From Strigamia acuminata (lineage: Eukaryota), in the NCBI GenBank assembly GCA_949358305.1, contig OX442314.1, forward strand, positions 18,910,001 through 18,974,000: a stretch of DNA of 64,000 bases, read 5' to 3'. Below the pieces are notes generated by a model that was not told the origin of the DNA, made no database searches, and saw only the letters and a program-made list of their open reading frames with translations. This document shows, one piece after another, positions 1 to 13,283 of this stretch (positions within the stretch are counted from its first letter, which is position 1; each line of letters begins with the position of its first letter). The position numbers and the translations under genes are program-made.

Positions 1-2
1 AT

Positions 3-1850
3 AAGAAGCCTTCTGGTCAACATCCTGGTCGCCTTCCCGGTCATCATCCTCATCTTCCCGATCATTATCCTGCCCATCACCGTCACCATCATCATTATTA
101 CCCTCGGTATCCATACTTTGATTCAGATGAACAGGATCACCGTCCGATTCCACCATTCGATTCAGATGAACAACAACACCATCCGCTTCAACTCTACGAT
201 TCAGATGAATGGCCTATCCCACCATTTCCACTCTTTGATTCAAATGAATGGCCTCATCATCCGAGTCATCACCACGGTTCAAATAAACGGCATCATCGTC
301 GGGCTCCACGCCCCGATTCAGACAAAGCCCATCACAGTCCTAACCCCGATGGAGATAAACAACATCCGAATCCACTCGATTCAGATAAAGACCATCCCCG
401 TCCGATTCCTCACCTGGATTCAGATGAACACCATCGTCGTCACCGTCCGCACATACACCCAGGTTCAAATAAATATCACCGTTATCCGTTTGCACACCTC
501 GGTTTACATAAACATCGACATCGTCACCATCCAATTTCACCCATCGATCCAGATGGGCAGCCGCAGCAAGCGGGGGCTGTGCCCACTGGAGATGGAAACG
601 AACAAAAACAAAATCAGCAACAAAATCAACAACAACATGAGCAACAAGGTCAGCAACAAGGTCAACAACAAGGTCAGCAACAAGGTCAACAACAAGGTCA
701 GCAACAAGGTCAACAACAAGGTCAGCAACAAACTCAACAACAAACTCAACAACAAACTCAATATCAAAATCAACTTCAAAGTAGTGGCGGAGGATTTAAT
801 GCAAATATTAATCAAAACAATGAATTTTCACCAACTTTTGGAAATGTTGGTGACATTGGAAAAATTGGGGGTAGAGAATTAGCGCATCAGCTGGCGGATT
901 CAAAGAGTTCGAGTAGATCCTACAACAAAGAAATCAGTCGTCATGACCTTTTTCGCTTTGAGAAGGAGCTAGATGACTATTTTAATTTGCTCCATCTTTT
1001 GCTCCAACCATCTGAATCAACAGGTGGGAAAAAACCAGAATACTTTTTCGATTTCCGTAACTTTATTCTACCAGCTGCAGATCCTCTTGATAAGTATGTA
1101 AAATCAACAATGTAAAATTTTATTTAAATTTTGTTACCGTTCAATTTCAGTTTGTTAGGGCATTTAGATGATTCATCGTCGTCGTCGTCGTCGTCATCAT
1201 CGTCATCGTCGTCGTCCTCGTCGTCCTCGTCCTCGTCGTCGTCGTCTGATTCTGCTGAGAGTGGTTCTTCTGGTGATGTTAGTTTCGAATCCAGTGAATT
1301 GTTCGGCCGGGCAGCAAAACCCGCAGCCAAAGCAAAAACCGCAACCACAGCAAAACCCGCAATCGCAGCAAAAAAAGGCGCGAAAGGAAAAGAGAAGGTT
1401 ACTACTCCTCCAGCTGCCGAAAATGCAGCTGCTCCCTTAGATTCAGCGGCTTCTGCTGCCGCAGAAGCAGCAGCTACTACTGCAAAACCCGCAGCCGCAG
1501 CAAAAAAAGGCGCGAAAGGAAAAGGAAAAGATGCTCCTGCTGGTAAATCTGCTGCCGAAGATGCAGCAGCTCCTGCCGGAGATGTAGCAGCTCCTGCCGG
1601 AGATGCAGCAGCTCCTGCCGGAGATGCAGCAGCTCCCGCGGTTAAAGCAGCTCCCGAAGATGCAGCAGCTCCTGCAGGTAAACCTGCTGCCGGAGATGCA
1701 GCAGCTCCTACAGGTAAACCTGCTGCCGGAGATGCAGCAGCTCCTACAAGTAAACCTGCTGCCGGAGATGCAGCAGCTCCCGCAGTTAAAGCAGCTTCCG
1801 TAGATGCAGCAACTACCGTAGGTGCATCAACAACACCACACACAGTGTAG
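3..1850 (+). CDS. 5'-truncated modular low-complexity protein (His/Pro/DSDE block, QQGQ repeats, poly-Ser, Ala/Lys-rich and AAAPAGD repeats); probable extracellular structural protein
   Basis: The frame of ORF 579..1115 is open from base 3 (KKPSGQHPGRLPGHHPHL...DSDE...). A 57-nt intron 1094..1150 (AA|gtatgt...ttcag|T, phase 2) joins it in frame to ORF 1131..1850. AATAAA follows the stop. Confidence 0.7.
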
Positions 1851-3328
1851 TTTATTTGTAATAAATTTCTATTGATTTTAATTTGTATTTTAAAATAAAG
1901 ATATGTTTTTCATGATAAGCTTTGGACATTATGTAGTTTTTATTTGCAGATCTGCAAGCAAAGAATATGATCTATGTATTGGACTAATATAACACTAATC
2001 CTTTCAACTATGGTAACTATATATTAGTTAGAAAATGTTACTGTTGCAAATTATTCATCACATAATTAAAATTAAAAACCAAAAAACAAAAATTTCACCT
2101 CTTCATGTAGGAATTTTTGTTTTTTGTTTTCTAATTTTATTTCTTTGAATTTTTAAATGTAATGTACGTCTCGGCTCGTGAGTAACAGCAGCTTTTTTAC
2201 GATCTTACGAGTTCCAGGTACTACGTCACAAAAACCCAATGGTATGATACTGTATCATATGATTGCAAAAATCCAGTACCGCAAGCAAAAAGTAGGGAGT
2301 ACAAAAGTACCGTGTGGCGGTATTTTAACTGTTTCTGGCCCAACAGAAAAAAGACGAGAAGAAAAAGAAGCAAGAATTGGAGCAAGTGAGGGAAGCGAGA
2401 CAACAATTATCAATTTGCAAGTTGTTAAATTGATAATTTTCTTTATATTCACCATCGCGAGTTCATCAGAACTCCGAGGCACTTAAAGATTGTTTTAAGA
2501 TTATTTTTTTTCATTTCAATACTAACTGATTTTATCATTATTTAAAAAATCCAGTTTTTAGTATAAAATTTACATACCGGTAATCTTTTATCAACCGAAA
2601 TCACATATTTCCGAAGTCATGAATAAATCTTTAATTTTTAGCGAAACACACTTGTTTTTATTTATGAGAAAAAGCATAAATAACTTTATAGTTTTGTGAA
2701 AGTACAAATCTTGTTAAGCAAACCATAATTTGTTCGAAATTTAAGCAATAATAATAAGTTTTGCAATGTTAAAGCCAAAATAAAAGCGCCAAAAGTCTAT
2801 TTGTACAATAAGGCCTTTCCTGACTCACTTAAAAAAATTTTTAAATTTATTTTTTATCAAGTTTTAAGCTCGTGCTTCTAGGCTTTGGACCCCTGGGCCA
2901 CATGGAAATTTTCATAATTTTCAAGAAATTAGGTTGGCCCTTCTGAGTCACCATAGTCCACCGTAAGAGTACTTCCACACTCAAGCCTGTACGGTTGTAC
3001 TAGTCCATTCCGACCGAGATAGTGAATTTTTTTCGGTTTATTCATGCGTATAAAAATTATGTTTGTACTGTACAACGATTTATGATTAAATCATATAATT
3101 CTAGTGTTGCTATTGGACTATCTGAACTATCAGTATACAGTATAAAGATATCTTTTATGATGCATTAAAACATCACCGTATACTATATTTCAGGATTTAA
3201 TAATAACAATGAAACATTAACATACCGATAATTCTATTATCAAGTGGTTTAATTAATTCGTGTAAAATTCCTTGAATAATTCTTATGTGTTTACAGCAGC
3301 TAAAATAATTATTTAGAACTTAAAAATA

Positions 3329-4613
3329 ATGTTTCAGTTGAAATATTTGCTGAAATCATTCCGTCTTATTGTCATTGTTAGCATTGCAAAGGCAGGAGAA
3401 TCTACAATGGTAAAACTGACGAAATTCTTCTGAAAAAAAGAAAAGGATAAAAGTTATTAAAAACAAATTTATCTTCCAGTTAAAAGATTCCAACACAACA
3501 CATACAACACAACACACGGGTAAAGTATGAAAATGATATACGTAACGTGATGTCTTGCAAATATTAGTTAGGATTATTCAATGTTTCAGAATTAGCGTCA
3601 CAAAATGCTGTAGCTTTATCAGCACAATCTACCACCCAGTTCCCACTTGGAATAATAAACACAACAGTAGAAAAGATCGTCAAATTGAAAATAGAAGAAT
3701 TCACAAATAAAGTAAGCAGTTTGTACTGTGTATAAATGAAATAAGGTGCATAATGTGGGATACATTTTCCTAAATTTTTATTTTAATCTTTCTATAGCTA
3801 CGAGGAAAATCAGTAGAAACAGCCAACTGTATGATTTTAATTACTGAAATCGTTTTATTGGCATTATTATATAATATCATATTTTTAATTTTAGTTAATT
3901 CGAATACGCCCGCAAAAACAGGACAAGGAAATGATCTGAATCAGTTTCCAATTGGAAGGGAACTTAAACAGGATTTACACAATCCCCTGCAATATTCCAA
4001 CTATCCATATCCATTGCATCATGTGCATCATGCTGCGTCTCAACAAACTCAACATCATTCATCGCCATTGTTTCTACCTAACGAATTACATGATCCAATT
4101 CAGCAAAGCAACTTTACGTCTTCATTAGCGTCTTTAGTGTATGCATTGAATCAATTGCTTTTTTTGATCTCAAAAGTTGATACTTCGTCTCCGAAATTGA
4201 ATTTAAAAATCGAGAATTTGCATCCTTCATACATTTCAAAAATAAACCATGATAATATTAGTTTAATTTCCAAACCAGTTCCTGTAGCAAGATCGTTAAT
4301 TAACATAAAATCGTCTAATGAACTTGTTGTAAATAACGCAGATAATAGAAGTTCAACTTCTACACCAGTTGAAATGAAACCTATACCAGTTGAAAAGAAA
4401 CCTATGTTAGGAAGATCGTTTCAGGTGATAGACACAGCAGCAAAAAGGCATAATAAACAAGAAGAAATAAGAAAAATATACAAGAAAAATAATATCAAGA
4501 ATAAATATTCCGAATCCAATTCTGAGTACAGTGAATCGACTGAAGAATCTTTTGATCAGGATGAACAGTTGCAATTTACTAAAATATATATTCCTGTGTT
4601 ATACATCAATTAA
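3329..4613 (+). CDS. Secreted orphan protein, about 330 aa, 5 exons
   Basis: Exons 3329-3409, 3480-3519, 3590-3711, 3798-3828, 3895-4613, all GT-AG with consistent phases. N-terminus MFQLKYLLKSFRLIVIVSIAKA resembles a signal peptide. Confidence 0.7.
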
Positions 4614-5403
4614 ATTTTAATTTTTTTAATGCCTGAAATGATTTCTGCAACTTATTTTTCTGATATTATGTCAAGGTTTTACTTGTTTAGCGATTAAAAT
4701 TATCCGCACTTATTCTTGTAATTTACTTTCAGCTTTCTTTGCACTTAAAATGTCAGAATAAAATTATTTCAACGATTAACATAAAATAAAATAAACCAAA
4801 AAAAGAGTTACATTTATCAAGTTTTAGCTATAGTTACGGTGTGATCTGTCTTACCGGTAATTATTTAATATTAGCCCGGATAAGATTTGTAATTCCTTAG
4901 CATAGTTCTATTTTGTTGAGTATCATTTACAACATTCTTACCACAAAAGTTGTCTGCACAGACTAGTGAAAACAGTTTAAGTCGTTTACCGAGATTCCCT
5001 TACTGGGTAAAAGTCTGTATGATGATTATAATGAGTTCGCAGCTCATAAACAATAAACAAAAAGGCTTTTGTTTTCGTTTTAAACTTTATTATTTTGAAT
5101 TTATTTATTTATATATTATTGTATATACTAAAAAAAGCGACAAATAAAATATAAAAACTAAAAATTAAAAACTCAATCTGCCCTATCACAGACATAGTCC
5201 GTTTTAGCTGTAGATTGTAGAATAAGTAGAACCAAAAACACAGTTTCTGGTAATAAAATAAGCTGTTAAATATAGCATGCTATTATTTTACTAATACGGA
5301 TCTCACTCATTGCATCAAAGTACTTCAGGCTTTTTGTTAGTGTTCAGTGTCAATTGCATTGTACGTAGTTATTTGTATTCTAAAAGTTATCGGTTACTTA
5401 ACT

Positions 5404-6618
5404 ATGTTTGCATTTTCTTGGCTTTTTGTACTTATTTTTTGTGAATATCTAGTGCAGAGTGAAAGTACTGTGGTATGTTAATAATAATTATAAAAGATTT
5501 TTGACCAAATACAAAATTATTTTATGATGAAATTTTGCAATTTACAGTCAAATAATGAAGTTAATCTGGAAGTATTGGGTTCGAATCTTCATTCTAGTAA
5601 CAGTAATAACTAACAATCATAATAAATATATAAAATTATTTTTGACATTTTTCTTTTTATAGAGTTAATAACAAACATTCGTGTTAAACGAGCCTCGAAT
5701 CAAAATAGTTTTGATTCAATTCCAGCAGCCCAATATGCCACAGCGCCACAGTATCCACCACCACCACCACCAGCACCACAGTATCCACCACCACCACCAC
5801 CAGCACCACAGTATCCTTATCCTCCGTATCCGTATCCACCCCAAACCCAGTATGCAGCGCAACATCCACCTCAGTATGCAGCGCAACATCCACCTCAGTA
5901 TGCAGCCCAACCCCAAATGATGTACGCAGGCCAACCCCAAACCCAGTATGCAGTCCAGCCTCAACCTCAGTACGCAGCCCAGCAACCAGCTCCACTTCAG
6001 TACGCAGGCCCACCCCTAGCTCAGTATCCACCCTCAGCATATCAGCCTCCTCCTTATTATTATCCTTATCCTCTAAGCTATGGTTATCCACCAGGCCAAG
6101 AACAACAGCCACAATACCAAATAGTGAAAAGTAAAAAGCATCCGTTGTCGGAAGCCATTAAAGGTAGTGTCATAAATATTATTAAACAAACCAATATATA
6201 TGCACCGAACTATATTGCACCTGCCGGTAGATTGCTTCCTAGTGGCGCTCCTAATCCTAATCCAATTACGGATCCTCATCTGATACAACAGTTTTTAATA
6301 AGTAAACTGGATGTTCTTAAAGATGTAGTGGCAATTCTAATGGGTGGTGATGGTGAATCTGATTTACAACCTGACGATGACGTGGACGAATTACAAGGAC
6401 GAGAAAGCACGATGTGGGCCACAAAACCTAAGCTGTATGAAATTCCAGTACCAGCAAACAAATCTAGATATATGAACAATAAGCATCATCAACGAAAATT
6501 GTTTACTTTTTCCAGTTTTGGTGCTCATACACATTACCATACTTATCCTAAATATGGACATTATCACAGACGTTATCGCAGAAAGCCGCATATAAAATTC
6601 GTTATTCTCCCAAAGTAA
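5404..6618 (+). CDS. Secreted Pro/Tyr/Gln-rich protein, paralog 1 of 3
   Basis: Exons 5404-5472 (MFAFSWLFVLIFCEYLVQSESTV), 5548-5596, 5663-6618. RVKR site, PQYPPPPP and QYAAQ repeats, conserved DPxLIxQFL...MGGDGE core, His/Arg-rich tail. In frame with ORF 5917..6618. Confidence 0.85.
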
Positions 6619-6961
6619 ATTAAATCTTAAAATAATATTTTGGAAGGGTGGTTTTAATTCATTTGTTTATTTCAAACTTACAAAAACATATATTCCTGTG
6701 GTATACATCAATCAAATTTTAATTTTTCTAATGCCTGAATGATTTATGCGACTTATGTTTCTGATATTACGTCAAGGTTTTACTTGTTAAGTAATTACAA
6801 TTATCAACACTTGTACTTGTAATTTACTATCAGCTTTTGTTTCAGTTAAAATGTAAGAATGAAATTATTTCAATGATAAAAATAAAATAAAATAGACGTA
6901 AAAAAAGGTTAAATTTATCAAATTCTAGCTGTAGTTACCATGTGGATGTCTTTTTCTTAGA

Positions 6962-7310
6962 CCTGTCCTTTTCAGCATTGATTCTGATGCTTCTTTATCA
7001 GGTTGGGGCGCCAACTTTGACTCTGTAATTAACGGTTTGGGGAAATGGCCCTGATGTTTTGCCCGAAAACATATTAATGTCCTACAGATTCTGGCTGCAT
7101 TCTGGACTCTTCAGGCTTTTGCTATGGGATGCTAAATTGCGTTTGGATGATACTTCCGCCATTTCTGCCATAACCATTTAGGTAGTCCTAGATCCCGTGA
7201 TTAGCGGCGTCAGATCTTTGGTCTTGGGCCATGGCCAGGGATCTCACCAAGCGGAACATATTTCGGGGAAGTTTAACGTTCAAGCCGATTTGGTTTCTTG
7301 GAGTTGAATT
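6962..7310 (+). mobile_element. Degenerate DIRS1-type retrotransposon RNase H fragment
   Basis: Translates as SIDSDASLSGWGA...GKWP*...HINVLQILAAFWTLQAF and, after frameshifts, AEHISGKFNVQADLVS. These match the DIRS RNase H motifs DAS..GWG, HIN.LE and H..G..N..AD. Confidence 0.7.
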
Positions 7311-7380
7311 ACGTCGTCCTCTTGTTTGGGCTTCAGAAGTTGGCTTCCCTTTCCTTCGTTTGTATTCCGGTTTTCTATGA

Positions 7381-8163
7381 TGTAGAACTTGTGGTGATCT
7401 CGAATTTATTCATTTATATTCGAATTATCACCACTAAAAATATTTATTATTATTAATCACTCTGGTTTGGCACACGCCAAACCTGCCTGCTGCATCTTGG
7501 AGGTGAAAACTCCCCAGGCACACTTCATCCCAATTTGGCTGGGGTGAGTTGCTAATTAACTGTTTTGGTGCAATAATCCCTTTGTTGTACCAAATTGCGC
7601 TCATTGCGTACATCTGCTGCGCAGATTTGAAGTGTGCTGGGCTCGAATTTATAGTTTTGGCACACTCTTGGTTTCACCAACAAACATACAACACACCTTG
7701 TCATTGCTCTGCCAATTCTGCAAGTATTGACAGTGTAAACGTTTTGTGTGAATTGAGACATTTTGCTGTATTCGCTCCTTTAAGCAAATCCAGCCTCTTC
7801 CGTGTGTACACGCACTTTGTGATTTATCCAGTGATCTCTGCTAACGAGCAGTGCTCTCACTCACCGCTGCCATCGAGGACCACCGTGAGCGTCTCTGGAG
7901 TCAGCCATCACTGTCCGAGTGAGTGTTTGGAAGAAGACCTGAACAACATTCCCGCCATTTTCCACACGCAACAATTGTTGCGCTTTCTTTTATTATTATG
8001 TTCTTTATTCATTCCATTATTCCTTGTTATTTAGCTTAGCATTATCCATTATCATTATCTATTCTCATTTTATTGTAATTTTAGTGTTTAATAAATTATT
8101 TGTGTGTTTTTCATTAATTACTTACCTGTGTGTTTACTTATTACTCCCTAGACATATTCAACA
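7381..8163 (+). mobile_element. Possible solo LTR
   Basis: TGTAGAA...TTCAACA imperfect inverted ends, an internal AATAAA, and absence from the paralogous intergenic copies. No matching TSD seen. Confidence 0.3.
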
Positions 8164-8772
8164 TTTTGATAATTAGGATTAAGACAGTTTTACTGCATCC
8201 GAACTGTGAATTTTAATCTGGATCGCAGCAAACTATGCCCAGTTAATGCTTTAGATTTATACATTTGATTTTTGGTTATGTATCGCCTGTTCTCCTCCTG
8301 TTGGCCACATTTTGTGTACTTCTACTGAACGAGAAAGTGTTTTTAAAATTATTATATCATTATTAATGATGTATTGAGGTAAAGTTTTAAAAATTAGTCG
8401 TGACATGTTATGGAAGAACCTCATTGAAGAAGATAACAGTGGTTACCCAGATCATGTTGTAGGTTGTGAAAGGGCCTCTAAACAGTTAAAGCTTTATAGG
8501 GCCCCAAAATGTAAGTACACATCTGTTCATTCCACTACCAAAATTGCAATTTAATTCAAAAGTTTGCAAGAAAATAAAAATAAGGAATACGAATATGATA
8601 TCTAGACACCATTTTTTGTAATAAAATAAGCTGTTAAATATAACTTGCTATTATTTTACTAACAAGGATCTCAATAATTCCAATAAAATACTTCATGCTC
8701 TTTGTTAGTGTTCAGTGTCAATTGCACTGTACGTACAATAGTTATTTCCAGAAAGGCATCGGTTACTCAACT

Positions 8773-9973
8773 ATGTTTGTATTCTCTTGGATTTTTGTAC
8801 TAACCCTAGCAACTACTTTTTTTGAATATCAAGTGCAGTGTGAAAGTACTTTGGTATGTTAATAATAAATTTAAAAGATTTTAACCAAATAGAAAATTAT
8901 TTTATGATGGGCATTTTGCAATTTACAGTCAAAAAATGGAGTGAAACGGGAAGTATTGGATTCGAATGTTCAACCTAGTAACAGTAATAGCTAACAATCA
9001 TAATAAATACATATAACTTTATTTTGACGCTTTTTATTTTCTAGATTTAATAGAAAAACTTCGTGTTAAACGAAGCTCGAAGACGCAACGTTATTATTAT
9101 GAATCAGGTCAAATACCCCAATACCCTCCACCTCCACCTCCAGCACCTTATCCACCGTATCCTTATCCTCCGTATCAGTATCCACCTCAAAACCAGTATC
9201 CACCTCAAAACCAGTATCCACCTCAAAACAAGTATGGAGCCCAATCACCGTACGCAGCGCAGTTTCAACCTCATTATGCAGCCCAATATCAATATGCACC
9301 ACAGCATCAACCTCAATATCCACCCCCACCATATCCTTATCCTTATCCATATCCACCTCAAAACTATGGTCCCTCACCATACGAGACAAAAACAGAAGTA
9401 CGTATTAAGAGTCCGTTACAAGACATGATTGCAAATGACATGAAACAACACCAAACAACCAATACACATGCACCGACCTTTGGGAATATTGTCGTGCCGA
9501 ATAGTGGATTAAGCTTTAGAGACGTCCGTAATATATCCCTTTACAATGAACACAATCCATTGAAGGATCCTGAATTGATACGACAGTTTTTGAATAGTAG
9601 GTTGGGTGTTATGCAAAAGGCAGTGGCAGTTCTTATGGGTGGTAATGGTGAAGCTGATCTATCAGAAAAAGTGGTTGATGAGGACCCATTAAAGGGACGA
9701 GGAATTGTGTCGGCCAGAAAACCTAAACTAGATCATTTTGAAGATTCTGCCGCCCCAAAAATTTCACCACAAGATGAAAAATTCAGACATGCGGACCAGA
9801 AGCATCGTCAGAGAAAAATGTACCCTTTCTTCAGTTTTGATAATGGTAAACATTCCAAAAAAGCTTCAAGAAGTCATCATAGACCTTACCATTCTTATAT
9901 AAATTATGGACATCATCAGAGACGTTTAAAGCACGGCATGCCGCATATAAATTACGATTTTCTCACAAAGTAA
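8773..9973 (+). CDS. Secreted Pro/Tyr/Gln-rich protein, paralog 2 of 3
   Basis: Exons 8773-8853 (MFVFSWIFVLTLATTFFEYQVQCESTL), 8929-8977, 9045-9973. RVKR site and YPPQNQ repeats; same core and tail as paralogs 1 and 3. Confidence 0.85.
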
Positions 9974-11211
9974 ATTACCTATTTGAAAATTAAAATATTA
10001 TTCTAAAAAGGTAGCTTAACTCCTTTTTTTCATTTGTTAAGCCCAAACAGCATAAAATTAAAGATTCAAGTAGTTATTTTAGTAGTTCTTTTAGCTCTTC
10101 CAGTTCTTTTTTCAGTTTCTCTTCTTGTTCTTCTTGTTCTTCTTGTTTTTTTGTTCTTCAGAGTCGAATTAATACTACGAAATTTTGAGGAACTGTTAAC
10201 AGTAAAATTATATAATCAATTATATGATCAAAACAACTGGAGGGGCTTTCAAACTTACAAAAAATTATATTCCTTTGGTAAACACAAATTAAATTTTAAT
10301 ATTTCTAATGCCTGAAATGATTTATGCTATACTTATTTTTCTGATATTACGCGTCAATGTTTTACTTGTTTAGAAATTACAATTACCAACAATAATTCTG
10401 GTAATTCACTTTCAGCCTTCTTTTCAGTTAAAATGTAAGAATACAATTATTTCAATGATAAAAATAAAATAAAAATAACCATAAAAAGAGTTGAATTTTT
10501 CAAGTATTGATCACATGGTAATCTATCTTAGATGACACACTTAAAAGTAACAAAATACAATCTGTATTTACTGTAATGTTGCCTGTGTGTGCGTGTATGC
10601 GTTTTTCTTTATTTGTTCGTACAAAGTAGATAAAAAGATTAGCCTAGATAATTATTTATCCCGGACAACATTAATAATATCTAAACACAATTCTGTGCTA
10701 CTGTGTATCATCTGCAACATCCTTTCCACAAGAGCTATTTGCATAAACTCGTGAAAACACATAGACGCCTACCGTAACACTAGCTCAGTAAATGTCTTTA
10801 CGATGATTACACATGAGTTCACAGAACATAATCAACAAGAAAAGGCGTTTCGATGTATTCATTTTAAACTTTATTATTTTGTATTTTATATTTTTTATAG
10901 TCGTATATATCCCAGACATCATCCCTTTTCGCTTTTCGGAAGTCTTTTTCAAAAGATTTGAATCTATTCTAAACAATTGTGATTCCAGGCCATAAACTTA
11001 TGTCCAAAGTATGTAAGGAAAAAAGTATGGGATACGAATATAACACCTAGACATCTTTTTTGGTAATAAAATAAGCGGTTAAATATAGCATGCTATTATT
11101 TTACTAATAAGGATCTCAATGATTACACCAAAGTACTTGAGGCATTTTGTTAATGTTCAGTGTCAATTGCACTGTACGTAGTTACATCCAGAAAGGTTCG
11201 GTTCTTTTACT

Positions 11212-12618
11212 ATGTTTGCATTCTCTTGGATTTTTATATTTATCCTAGCAACTATTTTTTGTGAATATCTAGTGCAGTGTGAAAGTACTTTGGTATGTTA
11301 ATAATAATTTTAAAATGTTTTAACTAAATACAAAATTATTTTATGATCAAATTATGCAATTCACAGTCAAAAAATGTAGTGAAACGGGAAGTATCGGATT
11401 CGAATGTTCAACCTGGTAACAGTAATCGCTAACAATCATAATAAATTAATAAAAAATATTTTTGACATTTTTCTTTTTGTAGAAATATTTCATCTCAAAC
11501 GACCCTCGAAGTCAAAAACAACTTATGTGGAAGTTGCACCACCCCAATACCCACAAGCACCTTATCCACAGTATGCTTCTTATCCTGCGTATTCGTATCC
11601 ACCCCAAGCCCAGTTTCAAGGCCAACCTCAGTACTTAGTCCAGCAGCCTCAACTTCAGTATGCCCCACCTCCAGCTCAGTATGCACATCCACCTCCAGCT
11701 CAGTATGCACATCCACCTCCAGCTCAGTATGCACATCCACCTCCAGCTCAGTATGCACATCCACACCCAGCTCAGTATGCACCTCCGCCTCAGTATGCAG
11801 TCCAACCTCAGTATGGAGGCCAACAATATCGTCCTCCTGCTTATCCTTACGCTTATCCTCAACCAGCTCCACCACCTCCACCACCACCTCCACCACCACC
11901 TCAAGATTACGCTCCTCCTCCTCCAGCGAGTCCGGCACAAGTAGCAGAAAGTAAAAATCATCCGCTGGCAGCCGTAATTAAAGGTAGTGTCACAACTAAG
12001 ATTAGGCAAGTCAATACATATGCACCGACCTTTGGAAATGTTGGAGCTGGAGCTGGAGCCCAGAACGACGCTCCTGATCTGGACCTTTACGATGAAGACA
12101 ATCCAATGAAGGATCCTGAACTGATACAAGAGTTTTTGATTGGTAGAGTGGGAGTTATGAAAAATACAATGGCAATTTTTATGGGTGGTGATGGTGAAGC
12201 TGATCCATCACAGAATGAGGTCGATGAGAGCCTATTAGAATCAGAAAATGTGTCTGTGTCGACCCCGTTAAAGGGACGAGAGATTGTATCGAACCCATTA
12301 TTGGGACGAGAGATTGTGTCAGGCCCATTAATGGGACGAGAGATTGTGTGGGACACTAAACCTAAACTGGATAAGTTTGAAGACCCTGCCTCTACTTACG
12401 TAGCAATTCCATCACAAGCAAAAAAAAATAGATATGTGGATGCTAATTCTCCTGAACAAAAATTCTTTTCATGGCTCAATAATTTTATTGATAAACTTTC
12501 CAGCAAACAATCAAGAGAGCATCATAAAAATTACCGTAATTATCCAAAACACGGACATCATCAAAGACGATTAACGCACAGAAAGCCGCATAAAACTTTT
12601 GCTTTACCTTCAAAGTAA
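11212..12618 (+). CDS. Secreted Pro/Tyr/Gln-rich protein, paralog 3 of 3
   Basis: Exons 11212-11292 (MFAFSWIFIFILATIFCEYLVQCESTL), 11367-11415, 11483-12618. AQYAHPPP repeats, poly-Pro, three GREIV repeats. Confidence 0.85.
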
Positions 12619-13283
12619 AATTATATATTTAAAAATTTAAACAATATCTGAAAAGGTGGTTTTAATTCTTTTTTTTTTTTCATTTGTTAGGCACAAACAT
12701 CATAAAATAAAATCTATAAGTAGGTCTTCTAATTCTTCTCCTAGTTCTTCTTCTTCAGAGTCGCAATAATACTACAAAATTCTAAAGAACTATAAACAGG
12801 AAAATTATATGACCAAAACAACTAGTAGAAGGTCTTTCTTTATATCATTAATTTAATACAATAAAAATATCGTGTTATATTCGCTGAATTTATTGTGTTC
12901 ATTGTATATAGAATTATAGACATAGCAATTGAATATTAACACATTACTTGCATAATTTGTGTCTTTTATGTAAACCAGGTTCGTTAAAAATTCAACAATT
13001 ATTTATTAGTGTAGGTAAGCAAGAAATGAAATAGAGGAATTAGTGATTTGTAAAATATGAAACTAAACATATCAAGTTCATGAGGATATTGTTCACAGAT
13101 GAAATCTGAAATTAAAATCAGCACTGGCAAAAAAAATCCATCAATCATAAATTATTAAAATCTAATGGTTTTTTAAATACCTTTTATGATTCACTCTGCA
13201 GCTAACTAAAATCGTTAAAACATTAATTTTTCTTAACATTTTCATCAAGCAGCTGTATTTGTTGCTTACCTGCAATGCGTTCA

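Noticed and set aside
118..882. 254-aa ORF and the overlapping ORFs 537..815, 1124..1843, 1168..1440 and 1603..1803
   Set aside because: Alternative-frame or antisense shadows of the repetitive real coding frame.
10034..10315. Hydrophobic 93-aa ORF, and Glu/Lys-rich reads on the opposite strand here and at about 12700-12790
   Set aside because: Lies in a CTT-rich duplicated 3' flank. The frame is not kept between the two copies and no start exon was found.
5681..12356. Shifted-frame and antisense ORFs over the Pro/Tyr/Gln genes (e.g. 5681..5920, 5684..6112, 9063..9428, 11495..11938, 11635..12129)
   Set aside because: By-products of stop-poor repeats; the spliced models explain the sequence.
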